Part shown: positions 38,723 through 48,418 of the stretch, piece after piece
Layout: each line of letters opens with the position of its first letter
How positions within the stretch are numbered: position 1 is the first letter of the stretch
IMG/VR virus record: IMGVR_UViG_3300021963_000137
Location: 1 to 61,496 of that record
Strand: one strand, 5' to 3'
Source of the DNA: a virus
Lineage: Duplodnaviria; Caudoviricetes
Length of the DNA: 61,496 nt
Translations under genes and position numbers: made by a program
Notes under the pieces: generated by a model
Database searches by the model: none
The model's input: only the letters and a program-made list of their open reading frames with translations
What the model was told of the DNA's origin: nothing

Positions 38723-38907
38723 TGTTCGAAACATTACTCATCATCCTGTCAATAGTCATTGTATCATACATTCTGATATTCGTATCAGACTATATGCTTA
38801 ATGACTCCGATCAAGAACGTCTCAATCAAGAATACGCAGAGAAAGCCAGAAAACACAATGAGCTTATGGTCAAAAAGGAGAATCGTAATGGCCCATTCAG
38901 CGGCTGA
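38719..38907 (+). CDS. Small membrane protein
   Basis: N-terminal TM segment. Confidence 0.55.
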   Translation: MMFETLLIILSIVIVSYILIFVSDYMLNDSDQERLNQEYAEKARKHNELMVKKENRNGPFSG

Positions 38908-39038
38908 AATATACTTTGATCTTATCAAACGTATCAAAGATAAAGTCAAAGCAGACATATCCATTGTGTATGATCCTGAAACTGGTATCCAAAAACATTT
39001 TCTTAAAGGTAAATTATTAAAAGTTAAAAAGGTATCCG

Positions 39039-39344
39039 ATGGAACAAAACCTAACAGCAATAATCTATGACAAGAAAGGAAGAATCTTAAGTATAGGTAA
39101 AAACAGTTATACCAAGACACATCCTTTTCAAGCGTTACATGCTAAAAAGCAGAATATGCCTGAGAGAATCTTTTTACATGCTGAAGTTTCAGCTATTGTG
39201 AGATGTTCTGATATATCTAAAGCACATAAGATGCTTGTTATCAGAACAAACAAAGAAGGTAGACATCTATATGCAAAACCATGTAATATATGTATGTCTG
39301 CTATAAAGTCAGTAAACATTAACCAAATTGAATGGAGTATATAG
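39039..39344 (+). CDS. Small cytidine-deaminase-fold protein
   Basis: HAE and PCxxC zinc motifs (LHAEVSAI, KPCNIC). Confidence 0.75.
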   Translation: MEQNLTAIIYDKKGRILSIGKNSYTKTHPFQALHAKKQNMPERIFLHAEVSAIVRCSDISKAHKMLVIRTNKEGRHLYAKPCNICMSAIKSVNINQIEWSI

Positions 39345-39520
39345 TATGTTCTTAGCTATTCTACGTGATGACTTCTCTTTAGTAGGTATCGGTGAATCCA
39401 TTGAAGAAGCCTTTGATGCTCTCCATGACCAAGAGTCAGGTGCAGAGATTGAAGACTGTGACTTCTTTGACCTAGTCAACCCAATGCGATTCACCTACGT
39501 ACTCACTCAGAAGTAAACTC

Positions 39521-39540
39521 TAGTTGTCCCCTAATAGGGA
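39521..39540 (+). promoter_or_regulatory. Candidate phage RNAP promoter AGTTGTCCCCTAATAGG
   Basis: Repeat motif; followed by an AT-rich tract. Confidence 0.8.
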
Positions 39541-39604
39541 ATTCTGAAAAAATAATATTTATTAATATATTATTAATAAAAGAACTTAATTAAGATAAAT
39601 AAAA
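39541..39604. other. AT-rich tract, candidate replication origin
   Basis: Nearly pure A/T directly downstream of the phage promoter. Confidence 0.5.
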
Positions 39605-39636
39605 AAGAGAATAATAACAAATGTTACTATTCTCTT
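39601..39636 (-). terminator. Terminator of the inverted small-terminase-like gene
   Basis: AAGAGAATAGTAAC-ATTT-GTTATTATTCTCTT then T-run on the minus strand. Confidence 0.65.
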
Positions 39637-39642
39637 AATTAC

Positions 39643-40023
39643 TTACTCTGATAGACCTTCTTCGGAGATTATCTTCTTAAGTTCTTCATCAGTCAGATCC
39701 ACTGTCTTGTTAGTGTTAGTCTGTTCAATCCTAGCTAGCTTAGGATTCTCATACTCTGCTATCATATTAGCGTATCTTGCTGCATCCTCAAAGTTATCTT
39801 CCTGAAGTGCTTTAAACATAGCCATTCTAAGCACATCAAGTGAAGATACCTGAGGAAGATCATCTAAAGCTCTTTGAAAGGCTTTAGCCGTTATCTTAAA
39901 TTCCTCTGCTAACTTAACGTTTAATGACCTAGATGCTGCACTCTTAAGCTGATTAGCTCGTGCAGTCTCCGAGGTAATAACCTTAAGATTAGCTAAGGAA
40001 TTAGGATGTATTCCTTTTGACAT
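39643..40023 (-). CDS. Putative terminase small subunit
   Basis: HPNSLANLK N-terminus, DLTDEELKKI C-terminus, own late-type promoter. Confidence 0.6.
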   Translation of the reverse strand: MSKGIHPNSLANLKVITSETARANQLKSAASRSLNVKLAEEFKITAKAFQRALDDLPQVSSLDVLRMAMFKALQEDNFEDAARYANMIAEYENPKLARIEQTNTNKTVDLTDEELKKIISEEGLSE

Positions 40024-40046
40024 ATTTTTAATCCTCATAGTAGTTT

Positions 40047-40064
40047 CCTATTAGGGGACTACTC
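40047..40064 (-). promoter_or_regulatory. Candidate phage RNAP late promoter GAGTAGTCCCCTAATAGG
   Basis: Shares an identical 17-mer with the terL promoter. Confidence 0.8.
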
Positions 40065-40088
40065 AATCTTTAATCCATAGGAACAATC

Positions 40089-40598
40089 ATGACAGTAGCA
40101 ACAAATGACACAGTTAACGTAATCATCAAAGATGTAGAATTACACTGGGCTAAATTAGATAAGCCTGTTGATCCCTTCGGTACTCTACAATATGAGTTAC
40201 AGATTCAGGCTCCCAAGAAACGTGAGAAAGAGTTATCTGCTTTCGGTAAAGTTAAAGTTATCGATGGTGGTAAAATCTCTATTAACCTGAAAAAGAAAGC
40301 TCTTAAAGCTGATGGTACTGATGCTGCTAAAGTACGTGTTGTAGATGCCACTAAAGAAGCACTTGATCCAAAGCTTATCGGTAATGGCTCTATCGGTAAT
40401 GTTATGGTTATGCAGAAGCCTTATGAGATCAAGGCTCCTAACGGTAAAGTAACTAAGTCAGGTATCTCCAATATGCTCACAGCTGTACAAGTTACTAAGC
40501 TTGTTAAGTATGAACGTAAGAGTGAAAACTTTGTAGACTTCGATGCTGAAGAGTCTACTGGTGTTCAAGAAACAGCAACAGAAGATTCACCATTCTAA
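40089..40598 (+). CDS. Single-stranded DNA-binding protein (T7 gp2.5-like)
   Basis: IGNGS motif, AVQVTKLVKY, acidic tail ending in PF. Confidence 0.75.
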   Translation: MTVATNDTVNVIIKDVELHWAKLDKPVDPFGTLQYELQIQAPKKREKELSAFGKVKVIDGGKISINLKKKALKADGTDAAKVRVVDATKEALDPKLIGNGSIGNVMVMQKPYEIKAPNGKVTKSGISNMLTAVQVTKLVKYERKSENFVDFDAEESTGVQETATEDSPF

Positions 40599-40629
40599 AT
40601 CTATCAGTTAGTCATAACTGACTAATAAT

Positions 40630-40663
40630 AACCCTTCAAGGAATCCTCTTTGAAGGGTTTTTT
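40630..40663 (+). terminator. Rho-independent terminator after the SSB gene
   Basis: AACCCTTCAAGGA-ATCC-TCTTTGAAGGGTT plus T-run. Confidence 0.85.
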
Positions 40664-40678
40664 AATCAAAGGTAATAT

Positions 40679-40897
40679 ATGTATAAATTTGCTTTTAAAG
40701 ATAAACACACAAAACACTTAGATTATCCTAACGGAGACCTAATGACAGAACAGTCATGTGCATTAATCACATACAAAATTAATGAAGATCATCATGATGT
40801 AGTAATAAATGTAGAAAATATGCACTTCAGAGAAGAAGATCTAAACGAATTAATTGCTTTCTTAACAACTCTAAACAACAAAATCAAAGGACTCTAA
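40679..40897 (+). CDS. Hypothetical protein
   Basis: AAGGT RBS. Confidence 0.55.
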   Translation: MYKFAFKDKHTKHLDYPNGDLMTEQSCALITYKINEDHHDVVINVENMHFREEDLNELIAFLTTLNNKIKGL

Positions 40898-40898
40898 A

Positions 40899-41285
40899 AT
40901 GGCTAAGCTTAACAAAGATCAAATCAAATATGCTGTTCAACGTGCTAATGCTAAACTAAATGAAAAAGAGGAATTACAAAAAGAATCTATTCCTGTAATA
41001 GAAAACCCATTGTATAATGCAAAGGCTGTCTACAATGCTATCTACTCAGGTAAACAAATGCCTTTTGAACAATTCGAAAAAGAATTTAATCATGGTTACT
41101 ACTTTGCTAATGGGGTTCGTGATTTAGCAGCCTATGACAAAGAATTCACAGCGGAACATGATCGTTATAATCTGTTGCTAAGAAAAATCTCTGAAGACAT
41201 CAATGTACAACGTATTGCTATCCAAGATAAACTATACCTCTCAGATGATGCTGCTGAAGTATTAGCCTTAATTGATGCTCTCTAA
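40899..41285 (+). CDS. Hypothetical protein
   Basis: AAGGA RBS, 128 aa. Confidence 0.65.
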   Translation: MAKLNKDQIKYAVQRANAKLNEKEELQKESIPVIENPLYNAKAVYNAIYSGKQMPFEQFEKEFNHGYYFANGVRDLAAYDKEFTAEHDRYNLLLRKISEDINVQRIAIQDKLYLSDDAAEVLALIDAL

Positions 41286-41477
41286 ACCTCGTAGTCTTTT
41301 TGTAGCATTCATATGTATGTATCTAGGACTGTACATCCTGATACCATCATCTGTAGAACCACATAAGCCAAGTGAATTAATGACTATGGCTAAAATGCGT
41401 TCTAAAGAAAAAGTATGTAACAAAAAGAAACTAAAACCTTCTCTTAAAAAACAATGTGAAAGATGGGGTATTTATAT

Positions 41478-41669
41478 ATGACAATATACATAATAGTTTT
41501 ATACATTTGCATAGAAACTAAATGTCAGTTCTTTCAAGCAGAAGGATACATAACTGATGAAAAAGAATGCAAAAGAGAAGTTGCAGCACAAATAGAAAAA
41601 GGAAAAAGTGATGGTATTAAAGTAGATGGTGCATGTATTGACTTAGAAGTTCAAGGAAAAAGAATATGA
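41478..41669 (+). CDS. Small Cys-containing protein, probable paralogue of 37849-38055
   Basis: Hydrophobic N-terminus, C...CQF...C...C. Confidence 0.55.
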   Translation: MTIYIIVLYICIETKCQFFQAEGYITDEKECKREVAAQIEKGKSDGIKVDGACIDLEVQGKRI

Positions 41670-41799
41670 ACGAAGTCCAACAATTCTACGAGGCTATCCG
41701 TAAAAAATGGCCTGTACCAACTAAACCTTGGGAAGAGCTTCATCCACAAGAACAAATGATGCTTATCCAAGCCATAAATATAATACTACAGGTATTACA

Positions 41800-42351
41800 A
41801 TGACAGATCGTATACACATAACAGCATCAGGAAAAAAGATACAAGTATGGGATGACATAATCCCAGCAAACTTACAAAGTGTATTCTTTCAATACATAGT
41901 AGCATCAAGATACTCTATTGGATGGGCTGATCAAAACTCAGAAACAGGAGCAAGATATAGATATCTACATTGCCAAATGACTGACGAAGAAACTTTTCAT
42001 GGTGGAATATACCCATATATTCTAACAACCAAAATAAAAGATCATCTTGAAGGATATGTTTTTGAAAAATCAGTAGTCAATCTAAGCACTCCATCTGATG
42101 TAAATTTCTTTCATACTCATGACAAAAACGGTCTTATCCTACTCTACTATCCTAATCCAATTTGGCAAAATCATTGGCATGGAGAAACCTTATTCTCAAA
42201 TGAATCATCTAAAGAAATTGAATATGCTATATCATACAAACCTGGTAGACTAGCACTATTTGACTCATCAATTTCACATTCTATAAGACCACAATCAATT
42301 GTTGCAGACAATTTTAGATTTACTTATGCAATGGTATTTGTAAAGGGATAA
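41800..42351 (+). CDS. 2OG-Fe(II) oxygenase family protein
   Basis: FHTHD, LYYPN..W...WHGET.F, PGRLALFD...SH, terminal R motifs. Confidence 0.75.
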   Translation: MTDRIHITASGKKIQVWDDIIPANLQSVFFQYIVASRYSIGWADQNSETGARYRYLHCQMTDEETFHGGIYPYILTTKIKDHLEGYVFEKSVVNLSTPSDVNFFHTHDKNGLILLYYPNPIWQNHWHGETLFSNESSKEIEYAISYKPGRLALFDSSISHSIRPQSIVADNFRFTYAMVFVKG

Positions 42352-42352
42352 A

Positions 42353-42634
42353 ATGGATATCTATGAAGGTGAATTCAATACAGACGTACTATGGGACTTC
42401 GACTATACAGACTATGAGGATACCGAAACAACAGTTCTCTATTCTGTAGAACCCGCAGAACCATGGGTAGGTATCATGCATGACGGTTATGAATACCAAG
42501 TATTATTATACCGTAATGACATACTATTAAGAGATATTACTGATGAATTATCTGATAAAGATCATGCAGCAATATATCATGCCTGTGTAACCAACTTTGA
42601 GGAGATTAAAAATAGTCAATACGAACCATTCTAA
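42353..42634 (+). CDS. Acidic hypothetical protein
   Basis: ORF in operon. Confidence 0.55.
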   Translation: MDIYEGEFNTDVLWDFDYTDYEDTETTVLYSVEPAEPWVGIMHDGYEYQVLLYRNDILLRDITDELSDKDHAAIYHACVTNFEEIKNSQYEPF

Positions 42635-42812
42635 TAGCTTTGGGTCATCAAAGTATTTTGTATTTAACCAACAAGGTTATGACCGTATGTATTTCGGTGT
42701 AGCTGGTCGTGAAATCAGTCTACTAAACGCAGTTCTATTCTTAACACATAAAGAGGCACAAAAACATGCAGACAATCTCAATTCCCGTATCACAGATCAA
42801 AAAGAAACGCAC

Positions 42813-43074
42813 AATGAACCCTGAAGTACAAGCTAAAGGTGCTATTGCTCTTGAAAAATGGCGTAAAGAAAAAGCCAAAGCACATGCTAAAGGTGGTAAA
42901 ACATTAGCTAACTGGATTGCTAAAGAAGAAGCTAAGAAAGCATCTCGTACAATCTCTCCATTAACAGCTATTCGTAATTTCTGTGTTGACTGTGTAGGCG
43001 GTAGTACTCAAGAAGTATCTAACTGTTCTAACCAAAAATGTAACTTATACATTCATCGTCCATACCAACTATGA
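42813..43074 (+). CDS. Small protein with C-terminal four-Cys domain
   Basis: SPLTAIRNFCVDCVGG...C....C.LY..RP. Confidence 0.65.
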
Positions 43075-43224
43075 GATTATACGAACTAAATCGTAATACA
43101 CTATTCACTCTTACAGGTGATGATCGTATCTACAAACTACATAACCTTGATGGTATGTATTCATACATCACAGATGCTATGGATAATGTATATCATTTTG
43201 CAGTATTTACTGAAGTGGAACCAT

Positions 43225-43545
43225 ATGAAAGCAATATTCGCATACAAACTGTTTCGTAAACGTAAAAACGGTACCTATGGTCCATTATTTATTAATAGAC
43301 CACAAATGCTCTTTGTAGGTATAACCTATGATGCTGAAGATCATCCTACTAAAGGATATGCTCACAGACCAGGTTGGCACTGTTGTTCTTTACCTATAGC
43401 ACCACACCTATCTAAAAAAGGTCGTGTATGGTGTGAAGTTAAAATTGAAGGATACACAGAACACATAAGACCATACAGTCAAGGTGGCTTGTGGTATACA
43501 GCAGATAAATTAACTATCCTAAAGGAAATAGATGTTAAGGCATAA
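43225..43545 (+). CDS. Hypothetical phage protein
   Basis: AYKLFR...PLFIN...HPTKGYAHRPGWHC...PHL...QGGLW. Confidence 0.6.
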   Translation: MKAIFAYKLFRKRKNGTYGPLFINRPQMLFVGITYDAEDHPTKGYAHRPGWHCCSLPIAPHLSKKGRVWCEVKIEGYTEHIRPYSQGGLWYTADKLTILKEIDVKA

Positions 43546-43966
43546 AGAACATACCTATCTTGCTGGTCCTATTGAAGGATTAACCAAAGAACAAGCAATG
43601 AAATGGAGAACAGAAGCTTCTTTTGAACTAGCTAACTTTGGTGTTGATACATTAGACCCAACTCGTAGAACATCTTTCATTGACAGTAACCATCTAACAA
43701 CCAAGAATGCTGCAAGACGAGTATGGAAGGCTGACCTTCAAGATATCGCCTATAGTACAGTTGTATTAGCTAATCTATCAGACAATCTCCCAGGAAAAAA
43801 GTGGGGTACTGTATGTGAGATAGCTCATGCACATACCAAAAATAAAATCATTATTGTTGTTATGGATAAAGATCAATTCGAACATCCATTCATAACACAA
43901 TATGCTACTGAAGTGCATCATACGTTAAAAGATGCTATTGAAGCTGTAAAGGAGTATTACCTGTGA
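43532..43966 (+). CDS. Nucleoside 2-deoxyribosyltransferase-like protein
   Basis: YLAGPI, DL..I, GT..EI motifs. Confidence 0.75.
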   Translation: MLRHKEHTYLAGPIEGLTKEQAMKWRTEASFELANFGVDTLDPTRRTSFIDSNHLTTKNAARRVWKADLQDIAYSTVVLANLSDNLPGKKWGTVCEIAHAHTKNKIIIVVMDKDQFEHPFITQYATEVHHTLKDAIEAVKEYYL

Positions 43967-44138
43967 TTCCTTATAACTACAGAAAATTACTAGCTTTTAT
44001 GCTAAGCTTAATGTTCGTATTTGCAACAATAGAATTCTGGTTAACTGTGCTAAAAGTTATCATAATAGGAAGTAGCTTAGGGATCATATATGCAATCCTA
44101 ACCTATGAATCACCAATCAACATCAACAGGAGATAACA

Positions 44139-44648
44139 ATGCCAAACTGGACAGCAAACAGTGTTATCATCACTGCAAACAATAATGCACAACAAAATAA
44201 AATCAAAGAGCTACATGATAGAATGTTTAGTGGTGATGAAACCTTTTTAGATGGTTTGTTTGAATACTTCGTACCATCTTCCAAAGGTGATGACTGGTAT
44301 CAATCTAACATTGATAACTGGGGTACTAAATGGGATGCCACTGATGTAGTCCTTGAAAATAGTGATGAAACAACATTCATCCATTTAACCTTTGATACAG
44401 CATGGAGTCCTCCTGAAGCATTCTATGATAACCTAAATAAACAAGGTTATACTGTTGAAGCTACATTCTGTGAACAAGGTTGTGACTTCATCGGTTATTA
44501 TCGTAATGGTGAATTCGTATCTGAATCATTTAATGATGGTACATTTAACTATGAAGATGATGACTACTATGAAAAGCAAGATGAACGTATCTCGTCTTAC
44601 TTTGCTATTAATAACTTTACACACCAACCAACACACGCAGGAGGTTAA
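44139..44648 (+). CDS. DUF1281/Api92-like ferredoxin-fold protein
   Basis: MPNW, NWGTKW, FDTAWSPP motifs. Confidence 0.75.
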   Translation: MPNWTANSVIITANNNAQQNKIKELHDRMFSGDETFLDGLFEYFVPSSKGDDWYQSNIDNWGTKWDATDVVLENSDETTFIHLTFDTAWSPPEAFYDNLNKQGYTVEATFCEQGCDFIGYYRNGEFVSESFNDGTFNYEDDDYYEKQDERISSYFAINNFTHQPTHAGG

Positions 44649-44649
44649 T

Positions 44650-44913
44650 ATGCCATACATTCGTAGCATTGATCGAGATCGTTTAGACTATATTACTGAT
44701 GCAGTACTTAATACAGGTATCACATCAGCAGGTGAAATGAACTATCTGTTTACAATTATTGCAAATGAATATCTTAATCGTAATGGTAAAAACTACCAAT
44801 ACATTAACGATGTTGTAGGAGCTTTAGAAGGTGCTAAGCAAGAATTCTATAGACGTATTGCTGCACCTTATGAAGATATTAAAATCACAGAAAATGGAGA
44901 TGTATATTTATGA
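44650..44913 (+). CDS. Conserved phage hypothetical protein (MPYI family)
   Basis: GGAGG RBS; GEMNY...GALE.AK.EFYRR...PYED.KI..NGDV. Confidence 0.7.
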   Translation: MPYIRSIDRDRLDYITDAVLNTGITSAGEMNYLFTIIANEYLNRNGKNYQYINDVVGALEGAKQEFYRRIAAPYEDIKITENGDVYL

Positions 44914-45368
44914 ACATTGATGATGATCGACAACTGTGGAAATCAAAAGATCCACAAGATGATTCATTCAAGTCAGACTTCTATGATGCATGGGCTAAAA
45001 AACAAATATGGCCTTACCCTGAAAAATCATGGACTGATACTTTTGCAAAAGCGTATAATAAAGAAATTAATTATGAAGCCGCTAAAAAAGAAGAATATAC
45101 TCTAGATGAAAACTTCTTTATACAATCAAGCATAGATGCCGTTATTAATCCTAAACACTACAAGAACGTAGCAGCAGGTAAACAATACATGGAACTCATG
45201 GTTGACATGCTTGATGGTAAATCAGGTGTAGAAGCACACTTGTTCGGTCAAATTTATAAATACCTCATGCGTTGTGGTAATAAAGATGATGAAGTACAAG
45301 AGTTAGAAAAAGCTCTATGGTATTTAAATGCTCTTATTAAATACAAGAAAGAAGGTGTTGTACTATGA
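44910..45368 (+). CDS. DUF3310 (T7 gp1.7-like nucleotide kinase) domain protein
   Basis: INPKHY...KYLMRCGNK...LEKALWYL. Confidence 0.75.
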   Translation: MNIDDDRQLWKSKDPQDDSFKSDFYDAWAKKQIWPYPEKSWTDTFAKAYNKEINYEAAKKEEYTLDENFFIQSSIDAVINPKHYKNVAAGKQYMELMVDMLDGKSGVEAHLFGQIYKYLMRCGNKDDEVQELEKALWYLNALIKYKKEGVVL

Positions 45369-45592
45369 AAATAGAATTAGAACATGAAACCTTTACAAAA
45401 GCAATAGCTCAAGAACTTAAAGAGCAATATCATTCTTTTAAACGTGATCTTGATAATGATACACATGTAGGTTTATTTTCTCTTGATAAAGAAGAAGATA
45501 AAAAACAAATGAAAGAATTTTTAAATGCCTTTGAAAAAGTGCATAGCTACTATTCAATTTATCGTATTGATGAATATCCGCATGAAAGCTAG
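45365..45592 (+). CDS. Hypothetical protein
   Basis: Coupled ORF. Confidence 0.55.
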   Translation: MKIELEHETFTKAIAQELKEQYHSFKRDLDNDTHVGLFSLDKEEDKKQMKEFLNAFEKVHSYYSIYRIDEYPHES

Positions 45593-46344
45593 AAACAAAG
45601 TAGTCAGAGACAGTATTCGTAATCCTAAACGTAATGCTGGTAAACACAAAGATAAACGTGAAGACATACTAAAACAATTATCTCAACTTGAAGAAGAAAT
45701 GGTTTTAATTAAGTCACGAGTAAAACAATTTGAGGAGTTATATAATGAAAGTACAGAGCATAGATGAACATGAAGATGGTAGTGCTACATTAATTATGGA
45801 TATGACTAATGAAGAAGTACGTACCTTAATTGAATACGCTATGATAGAGCTACTTAAAAAGTTTATTGCAGATACAGGAAAAAATAAACAGTGGACAGAC
45901 TAAAAGAAATACGTACTTTCTTTGGTAAACTGTATGGTACATATGGTAGAAAACAAATTACAATGGTACAATCAAAAGCGTATGAATGTACTGAATGCCA
46001 ACAGATATTCTTAAACAAAAAACAAGGAATAAATCATGAGTGTATTGAAACCATATCGTAATAACTTATTTGCTTCTAGAGATACCATAGAAGAAGCATT
46101 AGACTATTGTACTATGATAGCTAGTGGTTGCGGTGAATATCATGGCGCAGTTCTTACAGCTATTATGGTATTAATAAACACTGTATGTAAAGTAGAAGAA
46201 GCAAGTGAGTAGCTGGCTCATTATAACAATAGGTTTTGTATACCTTTATATATCAATAGAACAGTTATATAGAGGTAATACAGGAATGGCAATAACTTAC
46301 TTTGGATATGCCTTCGGTAACGTAGGTTTATATATGTTAGCAAA

Positions 46345-46554
46345 ATGAATATTGAAGAACAAAAAGCTTTTGTTAAAGCATATAGTAATAATGTTGCTCA
46401 TAATCCTGATGATTTTGTAGCAGACTTTGTTGCTAAATATAACTTAAATCAAGACATTGATTACTCATATGAACACACATCTATAATGGACGCATTAGGG
46501 ATGTGGCATGACGCTATCAAATGGAAACTAAATGAACTTAATAAGAACAGTTAA
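46345..46554 (+). CDS. Hypothetical protein
   Basis: ORF in operon. Confidence 0.5.
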   Translation: MNIEEQKAFVKAYSNNVAHNPDDFVADFVAKYNLNQDIDYSYEHTSIMDALGMWHDAIKWKLNELNKNS

Positions 46555-47137
46555 AAAGTTTGTTACAGGCACTGATAAGTACTTTGATATCTACGAATGT
46601 ACTGTTGACGAAGTTGAGTCTTATACATCTGACTCAGGTAAATCAATGATACGTGTTAAGATAAATGAAGTAGAATACTCAGGCTTGTATAACAAATGGG
46701 TGTATGAATACCTATGTGAGAACGAAGGAACAACTTCCTTTGTAGTCATGTGGAGAGCACCTAAGGGTAAGCCTATGTTGGCATACCTAAAAGAACTATG
46801 GCAGAACCATATTGAAGGAGTAACAGATGGAGAAGTGTCCAGTGAATCTGACGCTTATAGCCCAAGCGGTGAGTCATTTTGTTATCTTTGGGTCAATAAA
46901 GATACAGACAGAAAGTATATCGGAAAGCACAAAGGAACAGCAGATGATGGATATGTCTGCAGTTCTGAGTCGATGCTTGAAGAATACAATGATTGTCCAT
47001 CACGATTCATCAGGACAATCTTAGCATATGGTACTGACCAAGAAATGCATGAGTTAGAAACAATGTTATTGTTGCAACTCAAAGCTTCTAAGTCAGAATT
47101 GTTTTATAACTTGAGTAACAATTTAAGGAAAGACTAA
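46532..47137 (+). CDS. Protein with C-terminal GIY-YIG-like endonuclease domain
   Basis: FCYLWVN...KYIGKHKG..DDGY..SS...E...FYN. Confidence 0.7.
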   Translation: MNLIRTVKKFVTGTDKYFDIYECTVDEVESYTSDSGKSMIRVKINEVEYSGLYNKWVYEYLCENEGTTSFVVMWRAPKGKPMLAYLKELWQNHIEGVTDGEVSSESDAYSPSGESFCYLWVNKDTDRKYIGKHKGTADDGYVCSSESMLEEYNDCPSRFIRTILAYGTDQEMHELETMLLLQLKASKSELFYNLSNNLRKD

Positions 47138-47138
47138 C

Positions 47139-47396
47139 ATGTCTACGCAAGATTGGTGCAAAACATATAACTATAATCAAGTAATTGATACACGCAACTT
47201 TGAAATCTGTATTGATCTTAATGCTAAGTACGGATACTTCGAACACAAACTATTAGGAGAAGATTGTGCTGGTGGTTTGTGGTTTGATGAATGTATGTTT
47301 CTACAAGACTACGATGGTGTTTATGAGTTACCTGGTGAAGTCATCAGAGAGCTTAGTAGCCGCAGCTATATAGATGCTGAAGAATTTCAACCTTAA
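47139..47396 (+). CDS. Hypothetical phage protein
   Basis: GYFEH...GGLWF...L.DYDGVYELP motif. Confidence 0.65.
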   Translation: MSTQDWCKTYNYNQVIDTRNFEICIDLNAKYGYFEHKLLGEDCAGGLWFDECMFLQDYDGVYELPGEVIRELSSRSYIDAEEFQP

Positions 47397-47400
47397 ACCG

Positions 47401-47419
47401 CAGTTGTCCCCTAATAGGA
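47401..47419 (+). promoter_or_regulatory. Candidate phage RNAP promoter AGTTGTCCCCTAATAGG
   Basis: Repeat motif upstream of the DNA replication block. Confidence 0.8.
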
Positions 47420-47561
47420 GTGAACATGAAAAAGACAATCGTAACAGTTGTGTTTGAACTTAGAGATGAACTATCTAAAGATCAAACCTTAAATACAATA
47501 GACTGCCTTATTGACAGTGATGGTATGCTCAAAGGAGAAACTTATAACGTGGTAGATATTG

Positions 47562-47837
47562 ATGTCATCGAAGAATAATCTTATAGCACGTATCACACAA
47601 GAAGAATGTGCTGAAGTGATACAGGCTATTTCTAAAGCATTACGCTTTGGAGTAGATCATGTGTCACCTGTTACAGGTATCACTAACAAATCTCATCTTG
47701 AAGACGAGATGGGACAATTGATTGCTATGATGCAGCTACTAGCTGATGAATGGAAATTAGAACGTGATAACGTAACAGCAGCATATAAACAAAAACAAAA
47801 GAATTATGACTTATGGGATAAACAATATGCTGATTGA
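47562..47837 (+). CDS. MazG-like NTP pyrophosphohydrolase
   Basis: EECAEVIQAISK..RFG...LEDEMG. Confidence 0.65.
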   Translation: MSSKNNLIARITQEECAEVIQAISKALRFGVDHVSPVTGITNKSHLEDEMGQLIAMMQLLADEWKLERDNVTAAYKQKQKNYDLWDKQYAD

Positions 47838-47950
47838 AGATCATGGTGATATTCTTACTATTTTGTTTGTTCTTAAACCACCTAAAGACCATACTCAACT
47901 ATGGCATTTAACAGAAGTATGTAAAAAACTACAGGAGCTAGTGATACAAT

Positions 47951-48418
47951 ATGAAAACTCAGAAGGATTGGGATCAGTTTTATCTGAAGATAGCACAGCT
48001 AGTAGCGCAACAAAGCTATGCTAAAGACCGTAAAGTAGGTGCTGTTATCGTTAAGAATGATAACATCATTTCTTTTTCTTACAATGGAACACCACGAGGA
48101 TGGGATAATGAAACTCAGACAGATGATGGACAAACTAAATCAATGGTACTACACGCTGAAGCTCAAGCTATTGCTAAGTTGGCTCGATCAACCTTATCTA
48201 GTGATAGCGCTACTCTCTACTGTACCCTTAGTCCTTGTATTGATTGTGCAAAGCTTATTAGTGAAGTGGGTATTAAACGGTTAGTTTATATTGATGAATA
48301 TAAATGTACTCAAGGTATTGATTTCTTAATAGCTAACAATGTATTAGTCAATGAAGAATATTCAACAACAAGATTAGCCAGTAAAGAATGGTTAGCTAGA
48401 ACAGGATTACTATGGTAG
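47951..48418 (+). CDS. dCMP deaminase
   Basis: KVGAVIV, YNGTP, HAE, TLSPCIDC. Confidence 0.9.
   Translation: MKTQKDWDQFYLKIAQLVAQQSYAKDRKVGAVIVKNDNIISFSYNGTPRGWDNETQTDDGQTKSMVLHAEAQAIAKLARSTLSSDSATLYCTLSPCIDCAKLISEVGIKRLVYIDEYKCTQGIDFLIANNVLVNEEYSTTRLASKEWLARTGLLW

Noticed and set aside
44070-44106. Imperfect intergenic hairpin
   Set aside because: Weak pairing, single copy, no T-tract
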